From assembly GCA_965205015.1 (NCBI GenBank), contig OZ242029.1, positions 5,440,001 to 5,504,000 of the forward strand: DNA of 64,000 bases. The letters run 5' to 3'. Each line of letters starts with the position of its first letter. Positions within the stretch are counted from its first letter, which is position 1. The notes beneath the pieces were generated by a model. It saw only the letters and a program-made list of their open reading frames with translations. It had not been told where the DNA came from and did no database searches. A program made the translations under genes and the position numbers. Shown piece after piece: positions 55,604 through 64,000 of this stretch. Source of the stretch: Candidatus Poribacteria bacterium. GTDB taxonomy: Bacteria > Poribacteria > WGA-4E > WGA-3G.

Positions 55604-58313
55604 TCTTAAGCACCTCCCATTCCGCTTTTGCATCATCCGTGTCCATATCGGAAACATGCAGCGTTTGCTCGATAATAGATGAGGACAGGTCCCAATTACT
55701 GTGAAAAATGCTATGATTCCCCATTATCCCCGCTGTAGAAATGAGATGATAGAAATGTTCCGCCAAAAAAGGCGTCAAGGGTGCCAACCGTTGCAGGAGC
55801 ACAGTCGAGATGAGTGACAGGATACCTTGCGGTACGTGTCGGATCGTATCAGGACGTGATTCCATGACCCCGACATAAAAACGTAGATCGTCTTCGCAAA
55901 AATCGGTTAATAGGGTCCACATTTCATGAAAATTCCCATCTTGGTAAGCCTGCCGTATATCCTGTAAAAGTCGAGAGGTAGCGATTATCGCCAACGAATC
56001 AATCGGAAGAATTTCATCAAGCGTAACGGAATTCGCGCTTTCCATCTTCCGTGCCTCCAGATTCGTAAGGGTTTGTGTATGAGGGGTCTCCGTCTCAACA
56101 CCGCGCTTGTGGCTCTGTCTTTCGTTGGGGCGTTCCTCCTGCGATACATCTTTCGACGCTGCTTTGTTTCTACCTTCAGAAGCCGTCGCAAAATGGTAGA
56201 GACAATTACTAATATTCTCTAAGAGTTGCTGCAATTGCTGATATTGAACAAGATAGTCCGCTGCGAGTTTATGAAGATGCTTCGGATTGACCTGTGTTCC
56301 GACATTAGGCGTTATTGCCACCAAACGTGCTACATCAGCTGGATATTTTTTCAGAAATGCGTCTTCTACCTGTATTTCCCGACCAACGTTCGGCATCGTG
56401 TTAAGCTTGAGTTGCTTAAAAGGTTGGCTTTCTTTAATTGGACGGCTTCTGCTAAGCGATGCGGAGATAACACTGATCTCAGCTAACCATTTTGTCCATT
56501 TTGAATCCGTTGTGTCCGTTTGCGGTACAAACATAACACTGGTGTGCCCACCGATCGGTTTCTTGAAATCAGAATTGTCAATGATCTGAAGTAGATTGGC
56601 AAAATGGCTATCAATGAGCGTAGCTTCTTTGCGAAAGTCACTTGAATTACAGTTTAAACACCGTGTATCGACAGGTAAAAGTTCCTCAACGCTCAATCGG
56701 AACCAGAATTCAAATCCTCGTTGTATAGAATTCCGGATTGCATTGAGGGTATTTTTATCAGTAAGAGGTTCATCACACTGGTCACACAGAAGGATTGGAA
56801 GTGGCATTCCCCATTGACGCTGTGCTGAAACCTGCAAATCTTCAAAATTGCGGACAATGTCTTGGACTTCCCGAATACCTTTATGATCCGTGTCCCCGTA
56901 ATTATCCCAGTATTCTTGGGCGTTGAGGAGCTGGGTAGTGGCGCGGTTCTCAGAGATAGAGAACACCCATTTTGAACAGGGACGGAACACAGCCAATGCT
57001 GTACAGCGCGGACAGTGCGGCTCATGCATTTCGACTTTTTGTGTTTCAAGGAGATAACCGCATTTCTCCAATTGTGGAACAATAAATTTCTCAGCATCAG
57101 ACAGATACAAACCGCACAATTGCCCAGCTTCCTCGGTAAACCTTCCGGTTTCATCAAAAACAGGCATCGCATTCATTTCTAACGCTTGGGCGATGTTGTA
57201 ACTCGGCAGATGATGTGCCGGATTTAAGGGCATAACACCGGATTTTAAGGAAGATAGCGATTTATCGCGGATAACGTCTGTCGCTACAGTCTCAGGAATG
57301 AGTGTAATCTCTAAATCTTTTGACGGAAACAGTGGATGCGCCACAGCGCATTGGGCGAGTTCAGCGGCTTTGATTTCTTTGACAGGTTCCGGTTTGGATT
57401 GTCCTTTTGGAAGGTGCTTGGTAAAGTGTTCGAGCTGCGGTTCCGCAAAAAGTAGGTAGTCGTCTTGCCATTGGGTGAGCCAATAGGTCGTATCGTTGGT
57501 AATTCCGAGTTTAACGATTCCGGCTATTTCCGAAAGGTGCGACATTTGGAGACAGAAAAAGACATTAACGCCAAATTCCTCTAACCCGACATCGAACGGA
57601 AACTTTACGTAGCCATTCAAGGTATGCATGGGTATTTGCATGAGATTCGCTTCATGGATCGGGACGGTGCAATTGGGGCACCATGGACTCAGCTGCGGCA
57701 AGTCATGCAGATAGTCAGAATCGCGAAGTCGACTAATGAGTGCAATAAGCCGGGCTTCCTGTCGTGATTCGAGGGTTTTCTGTGAAGTATCCCAATCCGC
57801 GAAGATGCCAAGTTGATGGAATTTCTGTTTTTGGACTTCTAATTCCTGTTTATGTCGTGCGCGACATCGCTTCCGGAGGACAGATAACTTGATTGGCGTT
57901 TTAGACTTGGCAGCCTCAATCACGTCTTCCTCAATCCAAAGGGGATAGGTCTCCCAGGCAGGCACGTATGTAACGTGATTTCCTTGCATTATTTCTGCTT
58001 TAAGGAAGATATCCTGACAAACTTTTCTACAAAGGGTGTTAAGAGTGAGGGCATCAACGGAGGTGGGCATCTCGCGCAGGACATAGGTTTTTGTCTGGGA
58101 GGAGTGACGGGGCTGCGCAGCATTTGCCTTGACTCCGTTACGGTCTACAGTCCCAGATTTTTTGCTCGCGAGTGGGTATACATTCGCGTTCTGCCAAATT
58201 TCCAGAACGGCGTTCTCTTGTTCGCGGTCCGTCAACTGAGGTTTCTCTTTCGGTTTCGTGGATTTACCGCGTTTACGCGTCGCGCTTTTTGTGGTGGAAT
58301 TTCGTTTTCTCAT
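55581..58313 (-). CDS. Isoleucyl-tRNA synthetase homologue with degenerate catalytic motifs
   Basis: IleRS-colinear remnants (YVPAW, LGIFADW, YVKFP, HPL, QRQWGMPLP, YPADVARL, LAPLTPFLAE) but no HIGH or KMSKS; start may be 58313 or 58421. Confidence 0.8.
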   Translation of the reverse strand: MRKRNSTTKSATRKRGKSTKPKEKPQLTDREQENAVLEIWQNANVYPLASKKSGTVDRNGVKANAAQPRHSSQTKTYVLREMPTSVDALTLNTLCRKVCQDIFLKAEIMQGNHVTYVPAWETYPLWIEEDVIEAAKSKTPIKLSVLRKRCRARHKQELEVQKQKFHQLGIFADWDTSQKTLESRQEARLIALISRLRDSDYLHDLPQLSPWCPNCTVPIHEANLMQIPMHTLNGYVKFPFDVGLEEFGVNVFFCLQMSHLSEIAGIVKLGITNDTTYWLTQWQDDYLLFAEPQLEHFTKHLPKGQSKPEPVKEIKAAELAQCAVAHPLFPSKDLEITLIPETVATDVIRDKSLSSLKSGVMPLNPAHHLPSYNIAQALEMNAMPVFDETGRFTEEAGQLCGLYLSDAEKFIVPQLEKCGYLLETQKVEMHEPHCPRCTALAVFRPCSKWVFSISENRATTQLLNAQEYWDNYGDTDHKGIREVQDIVRNFEDLQVSAQRQWGMPLPILLCDQCDEPLTDKNTLNAIRNSIQRGFEFWFRLSVEELLPVDTRCLNCNSSDFRKEATLIDSHFANLLQIIDNSDFKKPIGGHTSVMFVPQTDTTDSKWTKWLAEISVISASLSRSRPIKESQPFKQLKLNTMPNVGREIQVEDAFLKKYPADVARLVAITPNVGTQVNPKHLHKLAADYLVQYQQLQQLLENISNCLYHFATASEGRNKAASKDVSQEERPNERQSHKRGVETETPHTQTLTNLEARKMESANSVTLDEILPIDSLAIIATSRLLQDIRQAYQDGNFHEMWTLLTDFCEDDLRFYVGVMESRPDTIRHVPQGILSLISTVLLQRLAPLTPFLAEHFYHLISTAGIMGNHSIFHSNWDLSSSIIEQTLHVSDMDTDDAKAEWEVLKNAHDAGS

Positions 58314-58417
58314 ATTTTTCGTATTCGTAAACGGATTACTGATGAGGTTATACTTTCTCGCCCGCGCTGCCTCCTTGTGCATTCCTCTATCAAACAGATT
58401 GGCATCGCCACCCTCTA

Positions 58418-58681
58418 TCACCAGATCGCACGTGCCAAAAATTGTAACAGAAGGATCAGCACAAAAGGTGAAATGTCAATACCAAAATTCCGAGTCACTG
58501 GTCCGAGGGCATTCCGAATCGGATTTAAAACTGGATCTACAAGGCGACTTGTCCACCAATAGAGTTGCCTAACGACTGCGTTCTGCGTGCCAAAAACAAA
58601 CCAAGAAAGTATAGCATTCGCGAGAACCACTATTGTATAAATTTCAAGCAGCTCACTGATAAATCGAGCGAACATATCCAT
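58418..58681 (-). CDS. yggT: YggT family membrane protein
   Basis: ILSW...LVDPVLNPIR...GIDISP. Confidence 0.9.
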   Translation of the reverse strand: MDMFARFISELLEIYTIVVLANAILSWFVFGTQNAVVRQLYWWTSRLVDPVLNPIRNALGPVTRNFGIDISPFVLILLLQFLARAIW

Positions 58682-58709
58682 TATTCCCTACAAGCCTTTC
58701 ACAAACTGA

Positions 58710-59510
58710 TTACGTGTTCCCAAGTTCCTTTGCTCGCTCCGTTGCAGCGAGGATGGCTTCTGTAAGCGTTGCTCGTAAACCCCCTCGTTCTAAAGCGTGT
58801 AGTCCGGCGGCGGTTGTCCCACCGGGTGTGGTAACACGGTTCTTGAGCACAGCGGGGTGTTCCTGCGTTTCAACTAACATGGTAGCTGCGCCTAAAACGG
58901 TATGGGTGGCAAGTTGCTGCGCATCTGCACGAGGTAAACCGACCTGGACCCCTGCATCTGCTAACGCCTCGACGAAGAGCGCAACATAGGCAGGACCACT
59001 CCCACTGACCGCCGTGACAGCATCAAGATGCCGTTCATCCATCACTAAAGAGGTACCACACGCGTCGAAAATTTGTTGTGCTATTTCAAGATGCTCCTGA
59101 TTCGCTGCCCTGCCAGCCGTGAGTACCGAGATCGCAGCGCCCACCGATGCTGAAATATTTGGCATCACCCGAATGACGGGGGGCGCGTTGTCAAAGTAGG
59201 ATTCAAGCGTTGTGGTGGTAACACCCGCTGCGATGCTAATGAGCCATTGCGGTGATGACAAGGCGCGTGCAATCTGTGGCAAGACGTGTGGAACCGCCGG
59301 AGGCGTGACAGCACAGAGAATAATTTGGGTATTTTCTACCAAGACCGCGATATCGCTTGCCCTGTGCGTCCCTTTTTCATCGCAAAGCTGCCGGACAAGG
59401 GTATCATCCAGGTCCGCAACCCAGATGTGTTTCGCAGGAAATACCGTGTCAGCGATACTTCGGACGATAATGCCGCCCATCTTTCCAACGCCTATTACAC
59501 CTAACTCCAT
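58710..59510 (-). CDS. proC: Pyrroline-5-carboxylate reductase
   Basis: GVGKMG, SIAAG, RVMPN, SGSGPAY, VTTPGGTT. Confidence 0.95.
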   Translation of the reverse strand: MELGVIGVGKMGGIIVRSIADTVFPAKHIWVADLDDTLVRQLCDEKGTHRASDIAVLVENTQIILCAVTPPAVPHVLPQIARALSSPQWLISIAAGVTTTTLESYFDNAPPVIRVMPNISASVGAAISVLTAGRAANQEHLEIAQQIFDACGTSLVMDERHLDAVTAVSGSGPAYVALFVEALADAGVQVGLPRADAQQLATHTVLGAATMLVETQEHPAVLKNRVTTPGGTTAAGLHALERGGLRATLTEAILAATERAKELGNT

Positions 59511-59561
59511 ATTTTAATTGTTCCTTGCGGTTCGGTCAGGTAGGTTTCGCTCATACTGATG

Positions 59562-60290
59562 CTATTCCTCTGACCCCTCGAAGATCGCCCTGCCGATTCT
59601 CACGAGGTTCGCGCCTTCTTGAACAGCGACCTCAAAGTCGTTTGTCATTCCCATCGAAAGATACTCCATGGTAACGCTGGGAAATTTTTGGATTTCTATT
59701 TTTTCAGCAAGCGATCTCAGCAAAGCGAACGCGGGACGGTTTGCGTCCGGCGAAGGTGTTAACTGCCCCATTGTCATCAATCCAACGATGTGCACTGCGG
59801 GATACGCCTGTGCATCTTCAATAAAGTGAAGCACATCCTCCGCTGCCAATCCGTGTTTACTCGCCTCACGAGTCGTATTGACCTGAATTAAAACATCTGT
59901 TCGTTGTGAGCGTTGTTCAGACCGACGCGCGATCTCTGCGAAAAGCCGCAAACTGTCAACTGAATGAATCAGTGAAAACATTTCCAATGCGGTTTTCACC
60001 TTATTCCTTTGCAAATGTCCAATCAGGTGCCATCGGCATGTTTTATCATCGGAATCAGCACCTGTAGCCTCCACAAAGGCATTGACTGACGCGTACTTCT
60101 GTTGCGCCTCCTGCACCCGGTTTTCCCCGATATCCGTTGCCCCTGCAGCGAGAACCGTCTGAATTTCTGCCACTGAACGCCCTTTCGTAACAGCAACGAG
60201 CGTTATTGAATCGAGTGTACGCTGACGCCGCTCTGCAGCATTGGCAATCCGTTCATTGATCCTGGAAAGATTATCAACAATCGAGTTCAA
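59562..60290 (-). CDS. yggS: PLP homeostasis protein
   Basis: LVAVTK, GENRVQE, WHLIGHLQRNK, GLMTM, LSMGMTND, VRIGRAIF. Confidence 0.95.
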   Translation of the reverse strand: MNSIVDNLSRINERIANAAERRQRTLDSITLVAVTKGRSVAEIQTVLAAGATDIGENRVQEAQQKYASVNAFVEATGADSDDKTCRWHLIGHLQRNKVKTALEMFSLIHSVDSLRLFAEIARRSEQRSQRTDVLIQVNTTREASKHGLAAEDVLHFIEDAQAYPAVHIVGLMTMGQLTPSPDANRPAFALLRSLAEKIEIQKFPSVTMEYLSMGMTNDFEVAVQEGANLVRIGRAIFEGSEE

Positions 60291-60323
60291 TTTTTCAATT
60301 CCACAATTTTTCGATCAAAAATG

Positions 60324-60602
60324 TCAAGCGTCAAGACTGTCTGTTGATGGCGGATCTGGATTTAAAGGCTTACTTGCGTGAAAGAGTATACCAATGACTG
60401 CGACTAAGACGGCTATACTAACAATCCCAATACCAACGGTTATCTTATGCGTTGCCTCCGTATAAACCTGCGTGACTTGCACCGCACTGACGTTTTCGGA
60501 CAAAACTTCCTGATACTTGGAAGGATGGTTTCCGCCTTGTATAACAAAAACAAGTCCGATCAAACCTGTAACGATTGATAACGTCGCAAAGAGCACGCGC
60601 AT
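60324..60602 (-). CDS. Hypothetical 2-TM membrane protein
   Basis: Two hydrophobic helices; co-oriented with neighbours. Confidence 0.6.
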   Translation of the reverse strand: MRVLFATLSIVTGLIGLVFVIQGGNHPSKYQEVLSENVSAVQVTQVYTEATHKITVGIGIVSIAVLVAVIGILFHASKPLNPDPPSTDSLDA

Positions 60603-60823
60603 CTTCAATTCTTCCCGGCACACGCCAAATTGTTGCTTAAGAACGAGTTTAAGAAATCCGCGTCCTAAACAGGTTGGGACATCTAAGGAAAATAACGTTA
60701 CAAATTGTAGTGAGGTTTCGACTGGGGACGATGCTGATACTGCTATTTATTTATTCGCGGGATCTATAATATATATTAATGATACTATATTTTTTCAAGA
60801 AAAGCAAATTTTCCGTCCCAGGA

Positions 60824-61582
60824 TCAGGGGCATTCAATATCAAGCTGAATATATGAGCACATCCTACCTGTTTGTCCGTTCTCAGCCCGATGTGAATAAA
60901 AAAGGTCTGTACGACAAGCGGTGCAAAGTGAGGATATTGAAATGGAAGTGGAGGGTAAACCCGCTTCAACCAATTGGTTAACATTGGCAGCCTGTAGACT
61001 CAAGTTTGTTCCGTCATGGACGCCACTGCCGAAGCGTTCAGCAAATTGTGTAAGCAATTCTGCGCTGACGGTATAGCAACATTTCTGGATAGAGGGTCCC
61101 AAATGAATCCGGCAATTTTCAACAACAGTTCCGAAACGGAGTTTCATTTGCAAAAGCGTGTTTACGGCAATTCGTGCGAAGGTGCCGCGCCACCCCGCAT
61201 GCGCGATCCCGATGGCTGGCGTCTCAATATCAAGAATGAAAATAGGGACACAATCCGCTGTAAAAATTCCCAATGCCACACCGCGAGAGGCGGAAACAAG
61301 AGCGTCTGCCTCTGGAAGGTTTTCAGGAGATGCGCCCGTTGTATCATCTACATCAATAACACAGTTTCCATGAACTTGACGACAATACCGAAGATTCTTT
61401 AAACCCGTTTGCTGAAAAAGGATTTCCCTGTTGGTTGCGACTGCACTCGGATCGTCGCCGACATGTTCAGCGAGATTCAAGGATGCGTAAGGTGCCCGAC
61501 TAACGCCCCCCGTACGTAGACTAATGCCGGCAGTGACACCGCCGGTTGTTTGCAGTTCCTGAATCGCGCGATACGGCTTCAT
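60824..61582 (-). CDS. pgeF: YfiH/PgeF family purine nucleoside phosphorylase
   Basis: RTGGVS, SLNL, QVHG, TADCVP, HAGWRG, GPSI..CCY, FYSHR. Confidence 0.93.
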   Translation of the reverse strand: MKPYRAIQELQTTGGVTAGISLRTGGVSRAPYASLNLAEHVGDDPSAVATNREILFQQTGLKNLRYCRQVHGNCVIDVDDTTGASPENLPEADALVSASRGVALGIFTADCVPIFILDIETPAIGIAHAGWRGTFARIAVNTLLQMKLRFGTVVENCRIHLGPSIQKCCYTVSAELLTQFAERFGSGVHDGTNLSLQAANVNQLVEAGLPSTSISISSLCTACRTDLFYSHRAENGQTGRMCSYIQLDIECP

Positions 61583-61905
61583 GGCTTGTAATCTTCTCGT
61601 GGTGGACTAAAGATGTCAAGAGCAACAGCCGGCTCTTCAAACGCCCTGGCACTGTGCTTCACATTAGAAGGGATAAGGTAAGCATCACCCTTTTTGAGTA
61701 TCCGAGAATCTCCGTCGATAGACAGTTCAAATGTTCCTTCGAGGACCATCCCCATCTGTTCATGCGGATGACTGTGCTCCGCAACGATACTCTGGGGTTG
61801 CAGATTGACAAAGGACATCATTACTTTTTCACCGTGAAGGGTCCGAATACTCGCACCATCAAACACCTGCTTTTCGGGTTGCTCATCAATAACAAAAAAG
61901 GGCAT
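61579..61905 (-). CDS. Cupin domain protein
   Basis: HSHPHEQ, IPSNVKH, DIFSPPRED. Confidence 0.92.
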   Translation of the reverse strand: MPFFVIDEQPEKQVFDGASIRTLHGEKVMMSFVNLQPQSIVAEHSHPHEQMGMVLEGTFELSIDGDSRILKKGDAYLIPSNVKHSARAFEEPAVALDIFSPPREDYKP

Positions 61906-61976
61906 CGGTTGTGGGTATCTCCTGTTTAGATATGTGCTGGATCAGTTGCCAGTTGTCAGCAAACGCATCACCTTAT

Positions 61977-62750
61977 CTATGGAAATGGCACATCGGGTGT
62001 GGCAGGTTCGACGTAAAGCAGCCTTTTACAACTTGAACAGTAGACCTGCTTCTGATACTTTTGCGCCTCCTTGAGGGTCTGCGGTTGAATAGCGATGCGG
62101 CAACTGGCACAGATGCCGTTTTTGCTGAGTGCGACGAAACCGGTTTTTGCTCGTGCTGCGCCGGACTGGCTTGCAAACTGTGCTTTCATCCAACGGTGAT
62201 ATTCGTCTCTGAGTGCTTTTTCAATTTTAGGAAGAAACGCCCTCCGCCGTTTCAACTTTTCATCCTTCTCTGTCTCTAAATCCTGGCGTTCTCGCTGGAG
62301 TTGTGCGGTTTCAGTAGCCGTTTTCTGCTTTTCGCGGTTTACTTCAACTTCCAATTGTGCCAATTCTTCTTTGAGTTGATCGCTTTTCTCCATAAGAACC
62401 AAGATCGTATCTTCCGCTTCTTCGTCCACCATATCAAGATATTCAATTTGTCGTTCAAGTGCATCATAAGCCTCGTTTGTCTTAACAATGCGTTGTTCAT
62501 CTTGATATTTTTCGCGTTGTACAGCGTTCATTTCAATTTCAGCGTTTTTGGATCGTTGTTCTCTCTCTGTCTCCGCGAGTTCCGCCGATTTCGCCGCCAT
62601 ATCTTCTTCATACACTACAACGTCTGCCTCTAACTGTTTAATACTCCGTGGGATCTCTTGAAGTTTTCGCTGGATTGACAACAGTTCTCGGTCACGCTCC
62701 TGTAATTGGTATAACAAAGCAAGTTGTTGTTGTAAAGGCTCGTTAGCCAT
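61977..62750 (-). CDS. Coiled-coil protein with C4 zinc ribbon (DUF164 / CT398-like)
   Basis: Long coiled coil then CASC...CSSCKRLLY. Confidence 0.88.
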   Translation of the reverse strand: MANEPLQQQLALLYQLQERDRELLSIQRKLQEIPRSIKQLEADVVVYEEDMAAKSAELAETEREQRSKNAEIEMNAVQREKYQDEQRIVKTNEAYDALERQIEYLDMVDEEAEDTILVLMEKSDQLKEELAQLEVEVNREKQKTATETAQLQRERQDLETEKDEKLKRRRAFLPKIEKALRDEYHRWMKAQFASQSGAARAKTGFVALSKNGICASCRIAIQPQTLKEAQKYQKQVYCSSCKRLLYVEPATPDVPFP

Positions 62751-63580
62751 TATACTTCTGCCTCCTTTTCGACGAGGTATGCAAAGAAAATACCGAGTTG
62801 ATATAAAACAAAGAGGGGTATTGCCATCAACAACATTGAACCCGGATCGGCAGGCGTCAAGAGGGCTGACATGACACAGATACCCAATAAAGCGTAACTT
62901 TGCTTCTCACGGAAGCCCTGCGCATCAATAACACCGATACGGGATAGAAACGCCATCACTATCGGTAACTCAAAAGCGATACCGAATCCTAAGATCAAGC
63001 GAGTTACAAAGTTGATATATTTTTCCAGGTCCCACATATTGGGTAGCTCGGGTAGCAGCTGCGCCGAGAATTGCAGAACCACCGGTGTGACAATAAAGTA
63101 TGCGAAAGCCGCACCGAAGATGAAAAATATGACGATAATTAAAAACAACGGCACCGCGAATTGTCGTTCTTGGCGATTCAGCGCCGGAAAAACGAACGCC
63201 CAAATGTGATAAATGATGATCGGTAGTGCAAGCAAAATACCGGTGGTTATCCCTAATTTCAGGTATGCCATGATACCTTCCAAGGGACCCACCTTCATCA
63301 GGATTGCGTCGACACTGGAAGTTCCAGACCGCAAAGCGAGTGCGAAAAATCCGAGTATCGAGCCCTCAGCTCCCCCTACGGCATCAATAGCATTCGCAAT
63401 TAGCGTATTCATCGAAGTTCCCAATGGAAACTTAATGACCTTCTCAATAGGCTTGCTGAAGGACAAACTTAAGACCGTAAAAACGGCGATTGCAATAGCA
63501 GAAATAATAATGCGACGCCGGAGTTCCTCCAAGTGTTCCCAGAAGGTCATTGCTATTTCTTTAGATTCCGTAGATTCCAT
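62750..63580 (-). CDS. tatC: Twin-arginine translocase subunit TatC
   Basis: MTFWEHLEELRRR, FVFPAL, FELP, LTPAD. Confidence 0.96.
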   Translation of the reverse strand: MESTESKEIAMTFWEHLEELRRRIIISAIAIAVFTVLSLSFSKPIEKVIKFPLGTSMNTLIANAIDAVGGAEGSILGFFALALRSGTSSVDAILMKVGPLEGIMAYLKLGITTGILLALPIIIYHIWAFVFPALNRQERQFAVPLFLIIVIFFIFGAAFAYFIVTPVVLQFSAQLLPELPNMWDLEKYINFVTRLILGFGIAFELPIVMAFLSRIGVIDAQGFREKQSYALLGICVMSALLTPADPGSMLLMAIPLFVLYQLGIFFAYLVEKEAEV

Positions 63581-63607
63581 AGTGCACGCCGCTCACGGTA
63601 TGAGCAA

Positions 63608-63823
63608 TCAAGAAGGTTTTGGGGGTTTAATGTTCGGATCCGGTTCTTTATCAATCTCATTTGCCGCTTTTGTCAATTCATCTTGAAGATCACTCCCTGC
63701 ACTCTTAAATTCTCGGATCGCTTTGCCGAGCGAACGCCCCATTTCGGGCAACTTTTTCGGTCCAAAAATGACGAGTGCGACCACAAGGATTATAAAGATC
63801 TCCATTCCGCCGATTCCACCCAT
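63608..63823 (-). CDS. tatA: Twin-arginine translocase subunit TatA
   Basis: EIFIILVVALVIFGPKKLPEMGRSLGKAIREFK. Confidence 0.95.
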   Translation of the reverse strand: MGGIGGMEIFIILVVALVIFGPKKLPEMGRSLGKAIREFKSAGSDLQDELTKAANEIDKEPDPNIKPPKPS

Positions 63824-64000
63824 ATCTTTATGCCTCCTCCAATGAAATGTAGTCGTTTGCTGCTATTTATAGTATAGCAAAAAATCGCTCTATTCGCAAC
63901 TATTTTTTATTGATGTCAGGGGTCCGTTCTACCTGAACTACATTTATAGATTTCAGCCCCAGTTAGGAAGGTGAAAATGTTTGAATTCACTCGCGCAATA

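Overview
A gene-dense bacterial chromosomal window with about 65 CDS and no rRNA, tRNA, CRISPR array or intact transposase that I could recognise. The gene mix suggests a Candidatus Poribacteria-like genome (inference only): many Gfo/Idh/MocA, PhyH, AKR and SDR enzymes, a LamG protein with an 'AVEPxxKLxxTWGxIK' tail, and dockerin/FlgD-Ig secreted proteins. The left two thirds hold accessory metabolism, a RelE-type TA pair, a MacAB-like exporter, an OLD-like ATPase-TOPRIM gene, three secreted paralogues and a Tat-exported molybdo-flavoenzyme. The right third is housekeeping (folB, moaDE, argE, rsmE, rpe, fmt, lspA, yggT, proC, yggS, pgeF, tatCA). Main oddities: (1) a full-length IleRS homologue in the canonical ileS-lspA position that has lost HIGH, KMSKS and editing motifs but kept its Zn cysteines; (2) a PhyH-family enzyme with a halogenase-like HxG triad; (3) a MITE family with fixed termini and interchangeable hairpin cargo; (4) a second dispersed element whose end forms the translation-initiation region of several unrelated genes; (5) a solo RpnS-like ORF, an apparent ATT start for rpe, and a MoaD with a capped GG motif. 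All calls are from reading motifs by eye; no searches were run.
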